Virus record (IMG/VR): IMGVR_UViG_3300047496_000075
Coordinates: 1-35,862 of that record
Origin: a virus
Reading direction: 5' to 3' (one strand)
Length of the DNA: 35,862 nucleotides
Each line of letters opens with the position of its first letter. The stretch's first letter is position 1. This document shows, one piece after another, positions 15,421-24,466 of the stretch. The notes below the pieces were generated by a model. The model worked only from the letters and a program-made list of their open reading frames with translations, was not told the origin of the DNA and searched no databases. The position numbers were made by a program, and so were the translations under genes.

Positions 15421-17586
15421 TTAAATATTAAACTTACCACAACATCCCTTTTTCTCTATATTATTTATACGTTTATTTAACTTTTGTATCTCATTTAATA
15501 ACATAGGGATGAGATCAAGATATTTAACCGTTTCTGGTTCTTTATTATCATTATATACCACTAGTCCCGGCATTGCATCAACAACTTCTTCAGCGATTAG
15601 ACCATATGACATCTTGGATTGTTCTTTGTATGTAAATACCACAGGCCGCAGATTATATATATCACTACTGTGGTGGAACATGTCTTGTATATTGTCTTTG
15701 TATCTCAAAGAAGATGATACTGTGCCAAGTTGTCCAGCTGAGTCTATAAGAACAGCAATCGCATTATTAACCCCTGTAGTTATACCGCGTATGCCGGCGA
15801 TAAAGCATCTATTTTGTTGCGCATTTCCCGTCCCAGTAACAAAGCCACCAATTCGTATGGTATTACTTTCGCCGAGTACTCCACCATTTTCTCCAAGTAT
15901 TACATTACTAGATTCTGCGCCAGTATAACTCCCGCCAGCATTTGTTCCAATTGCCGTATTGTAACTCCCTGACACCAAAAAATCCAACGCATTTACGCCT
16001 ATAGCCGTGTTATGAGTACCTGAAGTTGCGGTATTCATAGCTCCAACTCCAAAGGCCACGCAATCCGTACCGTTAATCATATTTTGTAATGATGCATATC
16101 CAACCGCAGTGAGCGCCTCTCCAGTGGTTACACTAGCCAATGATAAATATCCCATTGCGGTATTTTCATTTCCAGTAGTTAACACCCTAAAACTACCAGA
16201 ACCAACGCATGTATTCCAAACTCCAGTTCCCAAGGTAACCGTAGATCCCGGACTGTTTTGTCCTATAAATATATTATGATCTCCAGTATTAACGCTAGTT
16301 GAAATTCTAATTATATTTGATTCGCCTATAACACCAAATACATTCTTTCCTATTGTAATATTACTAGACTCGGCCCCAGTATAATTTGTGCCCGCTGTTT
16401 CACCTAAAATAATATTATTTGATCCAGTTAATAAATTTGATAAAGCATTAACCCCGATACTAATATTAGAACTACCCGTAGTTAGGAACGCAGAACTTCC
16501 TACCCCTATGGCGTGATTTCCAGATCCTGTAGTGATAGAATGACCAGAAAGTAATCCAAAGCCACAGTTATTTCCACCTGTGTTTACAGCGGCCAAAGAC
16601 CCAGACCCGACTGCGGTATTTCCAGTTCCTGAGGTAACAGCTTGATTAGAGGCCTGTCCAACACCCACATTATTAATACCGGTAGTCATAGCCAATGAAG
16701 AATTTGCTCCAATTGCAACGTTATTTTGACCCGTAGTTAGTGTAGCTAAAACACCGCCATCTCCAATGCCAATATTATTAACTGCGGACGCGGTAGTTAG
16801 GGTTAAATTCCCACACGAAGTTCCAAGAAATAGATTATTAAGTCCATATGTATGAAACACCCTATTTAAAAATCCAGTTCCGCCCTGTGTTATCACCCCG
16901 GCATCTCCAGATATATCAGTAACAGGAAGATTAAAGTTTCCGACATTATTATTTGCAGTTATTGTAATATCTCCAGTGAATGCCTGAACTGCAAAATTTC
17001 CCGCAGTTAAACTGACCAAATCACCCCAAGTGCTAGCATTGGTTGTCCAATAAACAATATCATTTACAGCGCCAGTATTTGGAGTTCCGGCAGACGCGTT
17101 TAAATTATGATTTGCCTGAACATTAATAACCCCCAATATAGGAGTTGCAGTTCCACCCAATCCAGTAGGAGTTGTTACGTTAGATGCCACAAATTGTGAT
17201 GCCGCCCTACCACCAATTACTGAAAATGTAATAGTATTTGTCCCGGGATTACCAACTCCAGTTATTGTTGTTCCATCACCAATTGTATTAATATTACCTA
17301 AAGCATCGCCGAACACAGTACCACCAGTGTTACTTGTCAATGATAGTAATGATCCAGTTCCACCAGCAAATCTGACCCATGTGGCAATATTATTTCTTAA
17401 GCTAACTAAGATATATACAAAAAGATCCTGTGGAATAGCTCTATTATTAACTTCCCACAAATCTCCTAAATAAAAATTCTGCCAATCTGTAGTAGTTGGG
17501 GGTCTGTTATAAGTCCCGAAATTTGGAGGAGAAGATGCCTGAACGCCTTGGTAATTTGTGGCTTGTCTGCCCGTTAATCTAACCAT
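15421..17586 (-). CDS. Tail fiber/spike with C-terminal S74-type intramolecular chaperone domain
   Basis: C-terminus GQLGTVSSSLRYKDNIQ...SYGLIAEEV...VKYLDLIPMLLNEIQKL. The body is made of N.A.G..S repeats similar to YadA-head-type repeats. Confidence 0.8.
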   Translation of the reverse strand: MVRLTGRQATNYQGVQASSPPNFGTYNRPPTTTDWQNFYLGDLWEVNNRAIPQDLFVYILVSLRNNIATWVRFAGGTGSLLSLTSNTGGTVFGDALGNINTIGDGTTITGVGNPGTNTITFSVIGGRAASQFVASNVTTPTGLGGTATPILGVINVQANHNLNASAGTPNTGAVNDIVYWTTNASTWGDLVSLTAGNFAVQAFTGDITITANNNVGNFNLPVTDISGDAGVITQGGTGFLNRVFHTYGLNNLFLGTSCGNLTLTTASAVNNIGIGDGGVLATLTTGQNNVAIGANSSLAMTTGINNVGVGQASNQAVTSGTGNTAVGSGSLAAVNTGGNNCGFGLLSGHSITTGSGNHAIGVGSSAFLTTGSSNISIGVNALSNLLTGSNNIILGETAGTNYTGAESSNITIGKNVFGVIGESNIIRISTSVNTGDHNIFIGQNSPGSTVTLGTGVWNTCVGSGSFRVLTTGNENTAMGYLSLASVTTGEALTAVGYASLQNMINGTDCVAFGVGAMNTATSGTHNTAIGVNALDFLVSGSYNTAIGTNAGGSYTGAESSNVILGENGGVLGESNTIRIGGFVTGTGNAQQNRCFIAGIRGITTGVNNAIAVLIDSAGQLGTVSSSLRYKDNIQDMFHHSSDIYNLRPVVFTYKEQSKMSYGLIAEEVVDAMPGLVVYNDNKEPETVKYLDLIPMLLNEIQKLNKRINNIEKKGCCGKFNI

Positions 17587-18684
17587 TTATTTAGCCTCTA
17601 GTTTTTCAATTCTAGAAAGAAGATCTTGTATTGTAGCATCTTGTGATTGTATTATATCCAGCAAGAATATTGGCAATTCATGATATTTAACTGATTCAAG
17701 TTGATTATCTTTTCCATAAACCACAAGATTAGGCATTATTTTTTCAACTTGTTCAGCAATTAATCCATATTGCGTTGTTTTAGTTGCATCTGATTTATAG
17801 TTGAATTTCTTTACTGATAATCTAAGAATCTTATTATCTTGTTCATTCCAGTCTTGGATATTTTCTTTATATCTTTCTGATGAAACTACTGTGCCCAATA
17901 ATCCAGTAGCATCACACAATACCGCTGATCCCGTAACTGTGGATCCAAATATACCAGTAATATGGGTAGAGGTTGCTGAACTATTTCCTATAAGAATTGA
18001 ATTAGCGACACCCCCATCAGTCACCGAGTTGCCAATTGCTATACTATTAGCTCCGGTAGCACTCGATAATCTTCCCATGGCAATCGCACCCGCGGCGAGA
18101 GCGTGGCACACTGATCCTATAGCGATAGCATAATCCGATGAAGAATTGGCTGAATTACCTATAGAAATATTATCTTGATTAAGGCATGAAGATACCGCTC
18201 CTATCGCGATCGAAGAGGCACCTAAGGTAGTTGCCGAAACTCCAATGGCGATACTATTTATTCCTCCGGAAGTTCCAGCAGAGTTGCCAATGGCTATACC
18301 ACCTGAATTAGATGCACTTGAGCTAGTTCCTAAGCATATTGCATTATCTATAGTACAATTAGCTGCATGTCCGATAGCTATTGAATTTCGATCACTAGCC
18401 CCAGATGATTGGCCTATTGCAATTGAACTAGATCCTGAAGATGTGGATGAAGCTCCCAAGCCAATACTATTAGAACCTGAAGCTGTTGCTCCGGTCCCTA
18501 ATCCGAACGATGATCCAAAATCTAATGTTACTGTATTTCCAGATGCAGCAAATATTGGCGTGATATTAGCTGTGACTAAATTTATTACTCCGGCAACGGG
18601 AGTAGCAATGCCCGTATTTCCATGAATAGTTAATACAGCGCTTCCGCCACCACCCCCGGAACCACTTACTGATATTTGTGACAT
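17587..18684 (-). CDS. Second tail fiber with S74-type chaperone domain
   Basis: GLLGTVVSSERYKENIQ...QYGLIAEQVEKIMP...VKYHELPIFLL. The body carries SIAIG/NSIAIG repeats. Confidence 0.8.
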   Translation of the reverse strand: MSQISVSGSGGGGGSAVLTIHGNTGIATPVAGVINLVTANITPIFAASGNTVTLDFGSSFGLGTGATASGSNSIGLGASSTSSGSSSIAIGQSSGASDRNSIAIGHAANCTIDNAICLGTSSSASNSGGIAIGNSAGTSGGINSIAIGVSATTLGASSIAIGAVSSCLNQDNISIGNSANSSSDYAIAIGSVCHALAAGAIAMGRLSSATGANSIAIGNSVTDGGVANSILIGNSSATSTHITGIFGSTVTGSAVLCDATGLLGTVVSSERYKENIQDWNEQDNKILRLSVKKFNYKSDATKTTQYGLIAEQVEKIMPNLVVYGKDNQLESVKYHELPIFLLDIIQSQDATIQDLLSRIEKLEAK

Positions 18685-19013
18685 TATTGTACCCCATAAA
18701 ACGATGTTATATAGAATAATCCCGTTGTTGGAACTCCAACTTGTTTAACATAAAACTGTGTGCCCTGAGCAAAGAATCCATCATCAGATCTAACGTCTAT
18801 ATAAGATGTTGCTCCCGCAGGTAATGTTTGGTGGGCAGTAACTCCATCCCAACTAAGATTAACTGTCTGATCTGTGCCATTATATACATATAAAATTCTA
18901 CATGGAGCTATTAATGCAGTTCCTACTGCTGAATATCCGGACAAAATATTTGCAGCTACAATGCTTCTTTCAGGCTCCGGAATTGTCCTAACTGTTAATT
19001 GATAATTTGACAT
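18684..19013 (-). CDS. Virion-module hypothetical protein (109 aa)
   Basis: ORF track; ATGA overlap with the fiber gene. Confidence 0.55.
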   Translation of the reverse strand: MSNYQLTVRTIPEPERSIVAANILSGYSAVGTALIAPCRILYVYNGTDQTVNLSWDGVTAHQTLPAGATSYIDVRSDDGFFAQGTQFYVKQVGVPTTGLFYITSFYGVQ

Positions 19014-19030
19014 TACTACTCTCCTTTTAA

Positions 19031-19228
19031 TTAATCTATTGCTACAGGATCTTGCTCTTTTGAAGCCTTAGCTTTATCAGCTGATGCTTGAGCTTGTTTC
19101 ATTATTTCTTGAAGCATTTCATGACATGCATCATAACACTCTCCCAAAGGGGAATTCATGGGTATAGATAAAACGTATGTTCTATCATTTTTAGTTACTT
19201 CAAAATGAATATTTAGTGATTGATTCAT
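19031..19228 (-). CDS. Hypothetical protein (65 aa)
   Basis: ORF track. Confidence 0.5.
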   Translation of the reverse strand: MNQSLNIHFEVTKNDRTYVLSIPMNSPLGECYDACHEMLQEIMKQAQASADKAKASKEQDPVAID

Positions 19229-19256
19229 GGTTTCTCCTGGTAAATATGTTGATTAC

Positions 19257-19283
19257 AGAGCTAAGTCTATAAAACTTAGCTCT
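19257..19283. other. 10-bp perfect hairpin AGAGCTAAGT-ctataaa-ACTTAGCTCT
   Basis: Read directly; intergenic between the 189-aa and 65-aa genes. A T-run follows only on the plus strand. Confidence 0.4.
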
Positions 19284-19298
19284 ATTTTCATAGTTAAT

Positions 19299-19868
19299 TT
19301 ACGCTGCCGTCACGACATTAGTCCACACTCCACCGGTTGTGGTTGCTACGTATAATCTTGTACTTGTGCTTGAACCATCAGTTCGCAAATACAAAGATCC
19401 AACAGGTGCAGAAGCAGTCGGAACGCCAGAACCAGCTAATATTAAAGGACTAGTTCCCCCAGAACCGGCTGCAAAATATGCAACACCCCCGGCCGTAACA
19501 GCGCCAGAAGACGTAATTAGACCAGTTGATGATATAGTTGATGTACCCGTAATTGCGCCAACTCCAAGAGTTGATAATGTAGTTGCTCCGGCAACACCAA
19601 GAGTTCCACCAATGGTAGCATTACCAGAAACTGCTAAACTAGCAAATGTTCCCGCACCAGTACCGGCTAAAGTTAGCCATGTTGCTTGACCAACAGCTAT
19701 TTTTACTAAAATAAATGCTGTTGAAGTTACCTGATTAAGCCATATTTGTCCCAATGGATATAAATCTCCAACAACTGGATCTCTTTGAGCTTTTTTAGCT
19801 TGTGGCATAAAGGTGAGTAAGGCCTGGGTAAACCCATATGATACTTCATTTCTAGCATTCGTTGACAT
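19299..19868 (-). CDS. Small fiber-like protein (Gly/Thr/Ala-rich)
   Basis: Its N-terminus (DPVVGDLYPLGQIWLNQ...ATW) resembles the N-terminus of the 721-aa fiber. The C-terminus has GSLYLRTDGSS..LYVATTTGGVW. Confidence 0.55.
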   Translation of the reverse strand: MSTNARNEVSYGFTQALLTFMPQAKKAQRDPVVGDLYPLGQIWLNQVTSTAFILVKIAVGQATWLTLAGTGAGTFASLAVSGNATIGGTLGVAGATTLSTLGVGAITGTSTISSTGLITSSGAVTAGGVAYFAAGSGGTSPLILAGSGVPTASAPVGSLYLRTDGSSTSTRLYVATTTGGVWTNVVTAA

Positions 19869-19997
19869 AACTCTCCTAATTTAAAACTTAAAAACATATC
19901 ATTCTTAGTACAGCACTACAAACAATCACTTGCAATACATTTAAAATCATGTAATATATTTATATATATTAATAATCATATATGCATATAGGGAATA

Positions 19998-20237
19998 ATG
20001 AAAAATTTATTTATATTATTATCGGGAATTATATTTGGAATATCCATCTGTATTCTATATATTTCATATCAATACAAAAAATATACAAATGAAATTACTT
20101 CTGGAGATTATGAAGAAAAAGACCCCGTAGATATAGAAAAAGAAAAGAGAAAGCTAGATATATTAGATGAAACTAAAAAAATTAAAAAGAGAGTAATGGA
20201 ATTACATAAAGAAATGGCTGATCTACATGAAAAATAA
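19998..20237 (+). CDS. Membrane protein: N-terminal TM helix plus charged coiled-coil tail
   Basis: LFILLSGIIFGISICILYISY followed by a Lys/Glu-rich tail. Opposite strand to the flanking structural genes. Confidence 0.55.
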   Translation: MKNLFILLSGIIFGISICILYISYQYKKYTNEITSGDYEEKDPVDIEKEKRKLDILDETKKIKKRVMELHKEMADLHEK

Positions 20238-20382
20238 ACCAGAACATCATAAACTTATAGTTGAGATGTTGAAACAAGATTTTATAGTTATAAAAAAGTT
20301 GGCTATTGATCAAAATATAACACTTAAAGTATTGGTAATTAGGGCATTAGCTGAATATGCTGCTAAAAATGGAAAAATATAA
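20227..20382 (+). CDS. Ribbon-helix-helix (CopG/Arc-like) small protein (51 aa)
   Basis: Manual translation gives MKNKPEHHKLIVEMLKQDFIVIKKLAIDQNITLKVLVIRALAEYAAKNGKI. Confidence 0.4.
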   Translation: MKNKPEHHKLIVEMLKQDFIVIKKLAIDQNITLKVLVIRALAEYAAKNGKI

Positions 20383-20526
20383 ATGCTAACAATAATAATG
20401 TATGTGTTAATATTTTTAGTGGTTATACCAGTAATGGTATTATCAACATTTGCGATATGTTTAGTAATCCCCTATATATGCTATAAGGGATTAAAACACG
20501 TTTATTTAGAACTTAAAGGGAAATAA
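20383..20526 (+). CDS. Small membrane protein (47 aa)
   Basis: Manual translation gives MLTIIMYVLIFLVVIPVMVLSTFAICLVIPYICY.... The ATG abuts the previous stop. Confidence 0.4.
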   Translation: MLTIIMYVLIFLVVIPVMVLSTFAICLVIPYICYKGLKHVYLELKGK

Positions 20527-20605
20527 AAGGAATCATTTATGAATTGGGTCATCGCAGTCATATTGGTATATTATTTGAAAGAATATATTTTAGGAGCAGA
20601 AGATT

Positions 20606-21904
20606 CTAGTCTTCTATAATATCATATTCATCTGGATTGTTTTTATCTAAATTATCAAAAGACTCATCTAGTTTTTTTAAGTGCCTCGCCGCCACATTAA
20701 TATTTCCGGCTAATGAAGCTTTTAATAATTTAGAATAATGTCTTTTAGCGATTGGACTTTTACTTATCAATTGCATAGCTCTAGATACTTCTCTTGCCGT
20801 TAAAATACCTGCGCCTACAGCTGCAATTTTGGGATATGAAACACTATGGGCAGCCTTTCCAACACTTCCATATATTAATGCATTTGTGAGCGGGTTATGT
20901 GCTATATTTTTTAATAAGCTATTATTATTAATAAATTTTGAAACGCGATTCTGGCTTTGCATTGCCCCATGGATTTCTTCGCCTATTTTATAATTATTGA
21001 AAAACTCCGGATTCTTTGCTCCATATCTTGCTATTCCTGAATTAGCTTCACCAATGTATGTTTTTAATTTATTTCTTGTTTCATCATCTATTTTGGGATC
21101 TCTAAGCCATTTATTCCAATCTTTTTTGATGCCATGGAATTTTTTTATCTCCGGATTATCTCCCAATTTTATCATCGCATCTAATCTATTTTCAAGGAAT
21201 TCTTTATCTGGTCTGTCCGAAAGACTGATTGACTTTTTTGCTTCCTTAAATTTTTTCATCTCGGGTTTTACATCAAATTTAGCTTGAGGTGGTACTGAAG
21301 CCCAGCCTTTATCATAAGATTGTTTTTCTATATTAGATAATTCTTTTCTGCCCCCAGAAGTTCCAGCAAGAAGCATTGTTCCAAATTTAGCACCTTCACC
21401 AGCCAAAGTTGATCCTGTAAACTTTTCAGCTCCCCATTTTGCTATATTACCTAATGCTGATTTACCTAAAGCACGACCTATCATTGATTTTGTTGGAATT
21501 TTATTACTAAACAACAAGGCAGCAGCATCTTTAATTACTTCATCCCAATCTTTTTCACCTTGAGTTTGAGCCTGCAGGCCTTCTCCCTTAATTTTAAATT
21601 CAGGAATTTGAGCTATGGGATTCTGAAATATTCCAGATTGATCTGTATTTATTCCAAGTTTACTTATTAATTCTTCTGCTTGTGGTATTTTAGGTCCTTG
21701 TGTAAATTTTGAACCAAATAATTTTGATCCAGCCTGCGAAATAGACTGAGCTGTACCCAATAGATTTCCCGGTGTATTAGCAATACTCTCTAAAACTCTT
21801 GCCCCAGTTCTTTTGGTATGCCTAATTCCTTGTTGTGATAATGATTCTTTAATTGGCTCAGATTGTTCATCTAGTATTTCATATTCCATTATACAACGCT
21901 CCAT
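20606..21904 (-). CDS. Large virion/internal protein (432 aa; alternative start at 21889 gives a TAATG overlap)
   Basis: ORF track; last of three consecutive large Lys/Gln-rich proteins. Confidence 0.6.
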   Translation of the reverse strand: MERCIMEYEILDEQSEPIKESLSQQGIRHTKRTGARVLESIANTPGNLLGTAQSISQAGSKLFGSKFTQGPKIPQAEELISKLGINTDQSGIFQNPIAQIPEFKIKGEGLQAQTQGEKDWDEVIKDAAALLFSNKIPTKSMIGRALGKSALGNIAKWGAEKFTGSTLAGEGAKFGTMLLAGTSGGRKELSNIEKQSYDKGWASVPPQAKFDVKPEMKKFKEAKKSISLSDRPDKEFLENRLDAMIKLGDNPEIKKFHGIKKDWNKWLRDPKIDDETRNKLKTYIGEANSGIARYGAKNPEFFNNYKIGEEIHGAMQSQNRVSKFINNNSLLKNIAHNPLTNALIYGSVGKAAHSVSYPKIAAVGAGILTAREVSRAMQLISKSPIAKRHYSKLLKASLAGNINVAARHLKKLDESFDNLDKNNPDEYDIIED

Positions 21905-23124
21905 TCTTTGCCATTAGATATCATTACTTCCCCAGTTTTGGGGTTCCTAATTCTTTTGGTTGTAGGTGTGCCTGTTTTAGTATCCCAAAACCTAGGATCA
22001 TTTGCTTGTGGCAACCCTTTTGATTTTCCAATTATATTCTGTCCGCCAAGCAGGTCCATTTTCTTATATAATTGTTCTGTTTTTGGCGCCGCCTCTTCTT
22101 CTATTCTATCTAATAAATCAATTGGTGGCTTCCCCCTAAATTTATTAGTTAAATCTCTACGGATATCATCTTTTATAACTTTTCCCTTAAAGAATGTCTT
22201 AAGATTATTAATAATCCTTTTGCGGCCATCCTTGCTGTTTGATAGAGTAGGAATAGCCTTTAAGAACGCGGATGCTTCATAATTGGTTACGCGGCCACCA
22301 AATATATCTTTTGCGTCTCTTAGGAAATCCTGTGAAAGCTTTTGGAACTCTTCGCTTTGTGGATTTAATAGCGCAGGTATATCTAGACCCAATGATCGCA
22401 GCGCCTCTTGATATGTGGCAGTTACCAATTTATCCTCATTATTGAGTTTTTCCATGCGCTCTAATCTATGAATACCCTCTTTTGCGCCCTTAGCTTCCTT
22501 TTGGATTTCTTTGCGACCTTCTTTTGTCTCACCCAAAGCTAATTTTGTTTCTTGAAAATCTCTATCTTGTTGATATCGTCTTTCCCTAGCAGCTTCGGAC
22601 TTTTGTTTTAATCCCAATTCAGCTAATTTAGTGGCTTGTTGAGGATTTAGTGATTCTATTGGAGTGTTAGTTTGGTTATTTCCCAAAACACCTTGTAATG
22701 CCTGAGCATATGCCTGATTTCCAGGCTCCATTAATTTTCTCTTAACAACTTCTTGTTGTAATTTAAGGGGCAGGGATGCTATTCCGCTAGCTTCTTGCTC
22801 ATTAAATCCAAGTTGTTGTAACCCTTGCGCGGTTTGATCTGGCGCAGATATATTATTACCCAAACTACTTAAGCTTTCAAAGACCGATTTTTTCAACCTA
22901 GGGTCTTGTAGTCCAGATAATCCATGAGCAATGTGTTGTGGTAATCCCAAAGACTCAAATGCTCGAGATTCTTGTTGTCTGGCCCTATGTGCATTTTCTA
23001 ATTGGTGTCTTTCATCAAGATGCGCTAGTTTTCTATTTGTCAGCATATCAAGAGTTTTTGATATACCGCTTCCTATGGAACTCCCAATCCTTGATCCTGG
23101 AGTTGATTCATTTATTACATTCAT
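21889..23124 (-). CDS. Internal virion protein-like (411 aa, coiled-coil rich)
   Basis: ORF track. The position matches that of podovirus ejection proteins; the function is an inference. Confidence 0.55.
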   Translation of the reverse strand: MNVINESTPGSRIGSSIGSGISKTLDMLTNRKLAHLDERHQLENAHRARQQESRAFESLGLPQHIAHGLSGLQDPRLKKSVFESLSSLGNNISAPDQTAQGLQQLGFNEQEASGIASLPLKLQQEVVKRKLMEPGNQAYAQALQGVLGNNQTNTPIESLNPQQATKLAELGLKQKSEAARERRYQQDRDFQETKLALGETKEGRKEIQKEAKGAKEGIHRLERMEKLNNEDKLVTATYQEALRSLGLDIPALLNPQSEEFQKLSQDFLRDAKDIFGGRVTNYEASAFLKAIPTLSNSKDGRKRIINNLKTFFKGKVIKDDIRRDLTNKFRGKPPIDLLDRIEEEAAPKTEQLYKKMDLLGGQNIIGKSKGLPQANDPRFWDTKTGTPTTKRIRNPKTGEVMISNGKEWSVV

Positions 23125-23918
23125 TAAAGCGCTCCCAATGGTTTTAATTTACCCAAACCTTGATTAATATCTAATTTTCCTGCAAATGGTGAATTATAAC
23201 TTTGACTAGCACCCAGATTCATTAATTGTTGTTGCATTGGATTGAATTGTGCATTGTAATTTTGTGGTTGTTGCTTTTGTCCATTGTTTGCAAATTTACT
23301 ACCTATTTTTAATCCACCACCAACTAATCCAGCTCCGGCAGTTAAAAATGGTCCTATTCCAGGAATTGCTGATAAGAATGGTGCTGCAGCCAACAGCGCA
23401 TTACCACCAGAATTTAAACCATTTTGCCAATTCCAACCTTGATCTTGTTCATTGTCCAAACCTTGAGCTCCAAGATATGATGGTAGACCCTCTGATATTC
23501 CCCTAGCCGCGCCTTCTAATGCGCCCGGCTGTCCGGGAAAATATGCTTGTTCTGGAGAAAGCAATTGTAGTAATTGCATTAGTTGATTATTATTCTGCAT
23601 TCCATATTGAGACTTAAGCGCTTGCAATCCAGTTTCAAATTGTGCACCAGCTCCATATTGCTGTGCTTGATAAGCGGGAGAGCTAATAGCGCCATTTCCA
23701 AGAGTTGTAAATCTTTCAGCTATAGTTGGTATTGTCTTTTGTTGAAAGTCTTGCCTGGCTTGATTCTCAATCGGCTCAAAGCCCTTAGTATTATTTCCAA
23801 GCTGTGATAATATATTTCTCAATAAATCATCGTTTTGTTGTTGGAATTGTGGACCGAATCTTGAAAAGGCCTTAGATTGTCCTTCAGTCCCAAATAAATT
23901 TTCATAACCTGTAGCCAT
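23124..23918 (-). CDS. Gln/Asn/Gly-rich virion protein with hydrophobic Gly-rich segment
   Basis: GGNALLAAAPFLSAIPGIGPFLTAGAGLVGGGL is a membrane-active-like segment. Confidence 0.55.
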   Translation of the reverse strand: MATGYENLFGTEGQSKAFSRFGPQFQQQNDDLLRNILSQLGNNTKGFEPIENQARQDFQQKTIPTIAERFTTLGNGAISSPAYQAQQYGAGAQFETGLQALKSQYGMQNNNQLMQLLQLLSPEQAYFPGQPGALEGAARGISEGLPSYLGAQGLDNEQDQGWNWQNGLNSGGNALLAAAPFLSAIPGIGPFLTAGAGLVGGGLKIGSKFANNGQKQQPQNYNAQFNPMQQQLMNLGASQSYNSPFAGKLDINQGLGKLKPLGAL

Positions 23919-23925
23919 TTTTCTC

Positions 23926-24456
23926 CTAATTTTTCAAGTATTCTAAAGTCACAATACAACTTGTAAATGCTATACCGCTATTATTTGTAATTACTATATT
24001 TGTTGCATTCACCTTTAATTCTATATTAGTTGCACCCGCAGCGCTAGACCATGGAAGTGGATAATAATTAAATCCAATATTATCAGTTAAAGCACCATAA
24101 ATATCGGTAAATACCCAAGTTGTTCCAATGGTTAATCCATGAGCAACTGTAGTTACACCTACAGGAACTGCGCCAATATTATATGTTCTTCTAAATTGAG
24201 GACGTAGCAGTAGTTGATTATTAGCAGTAGGATCAAAATATTGTGCACCTGTATTGAATTCTTCAAGTAGATATAGCGCTGATTCTTTTAGGTTTAATGC
24301 TAGTGCAATATTATTAACATTCTGGTATAAACGAACCAATAACTCCTTAAACTCTTCACTATTTACATCAACTTCATATAATCTTCCGACATCAAATATA
24401 GAGGTTGATTCTACAAATAATCCGGTGTTGGATTGGACATTCGGGATGTATGACAT
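23926..24456 (-). CDS. Virion protein (176 aa)
   Basis: ORF track. Confidence 0.55.
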   Translation of the reverse strand: MSYIPNVQSNTGLFVESTSIFDVGRLYEVDVNSEEFKELLVRLYQNVNNIALALNLKESALYLLEEFNTGAQYFDPTANNQLLLRPQFRRTYNIGAVPVGVTTVAHGLTIGTTWVFTDIYGALTDNIGFNYYPLPWSSAAGATNIELKVNATNIVITNNSGIAFTSCIVTLEYLKN

Positions 24457-24466
24457 AATTTATACC

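Noticed and set aside
15509-19689. Plus-strand ORFs 15509..15928, 17801..18133, 18245..18625 and 19339..19689
   Set aside because: These are shadow ORFs antisense to Gly/Ala/Ser/Thr-rich fiber genes. They have no start context, and their Pro/Val/Ala-rich translations simply mirror the sense codons.
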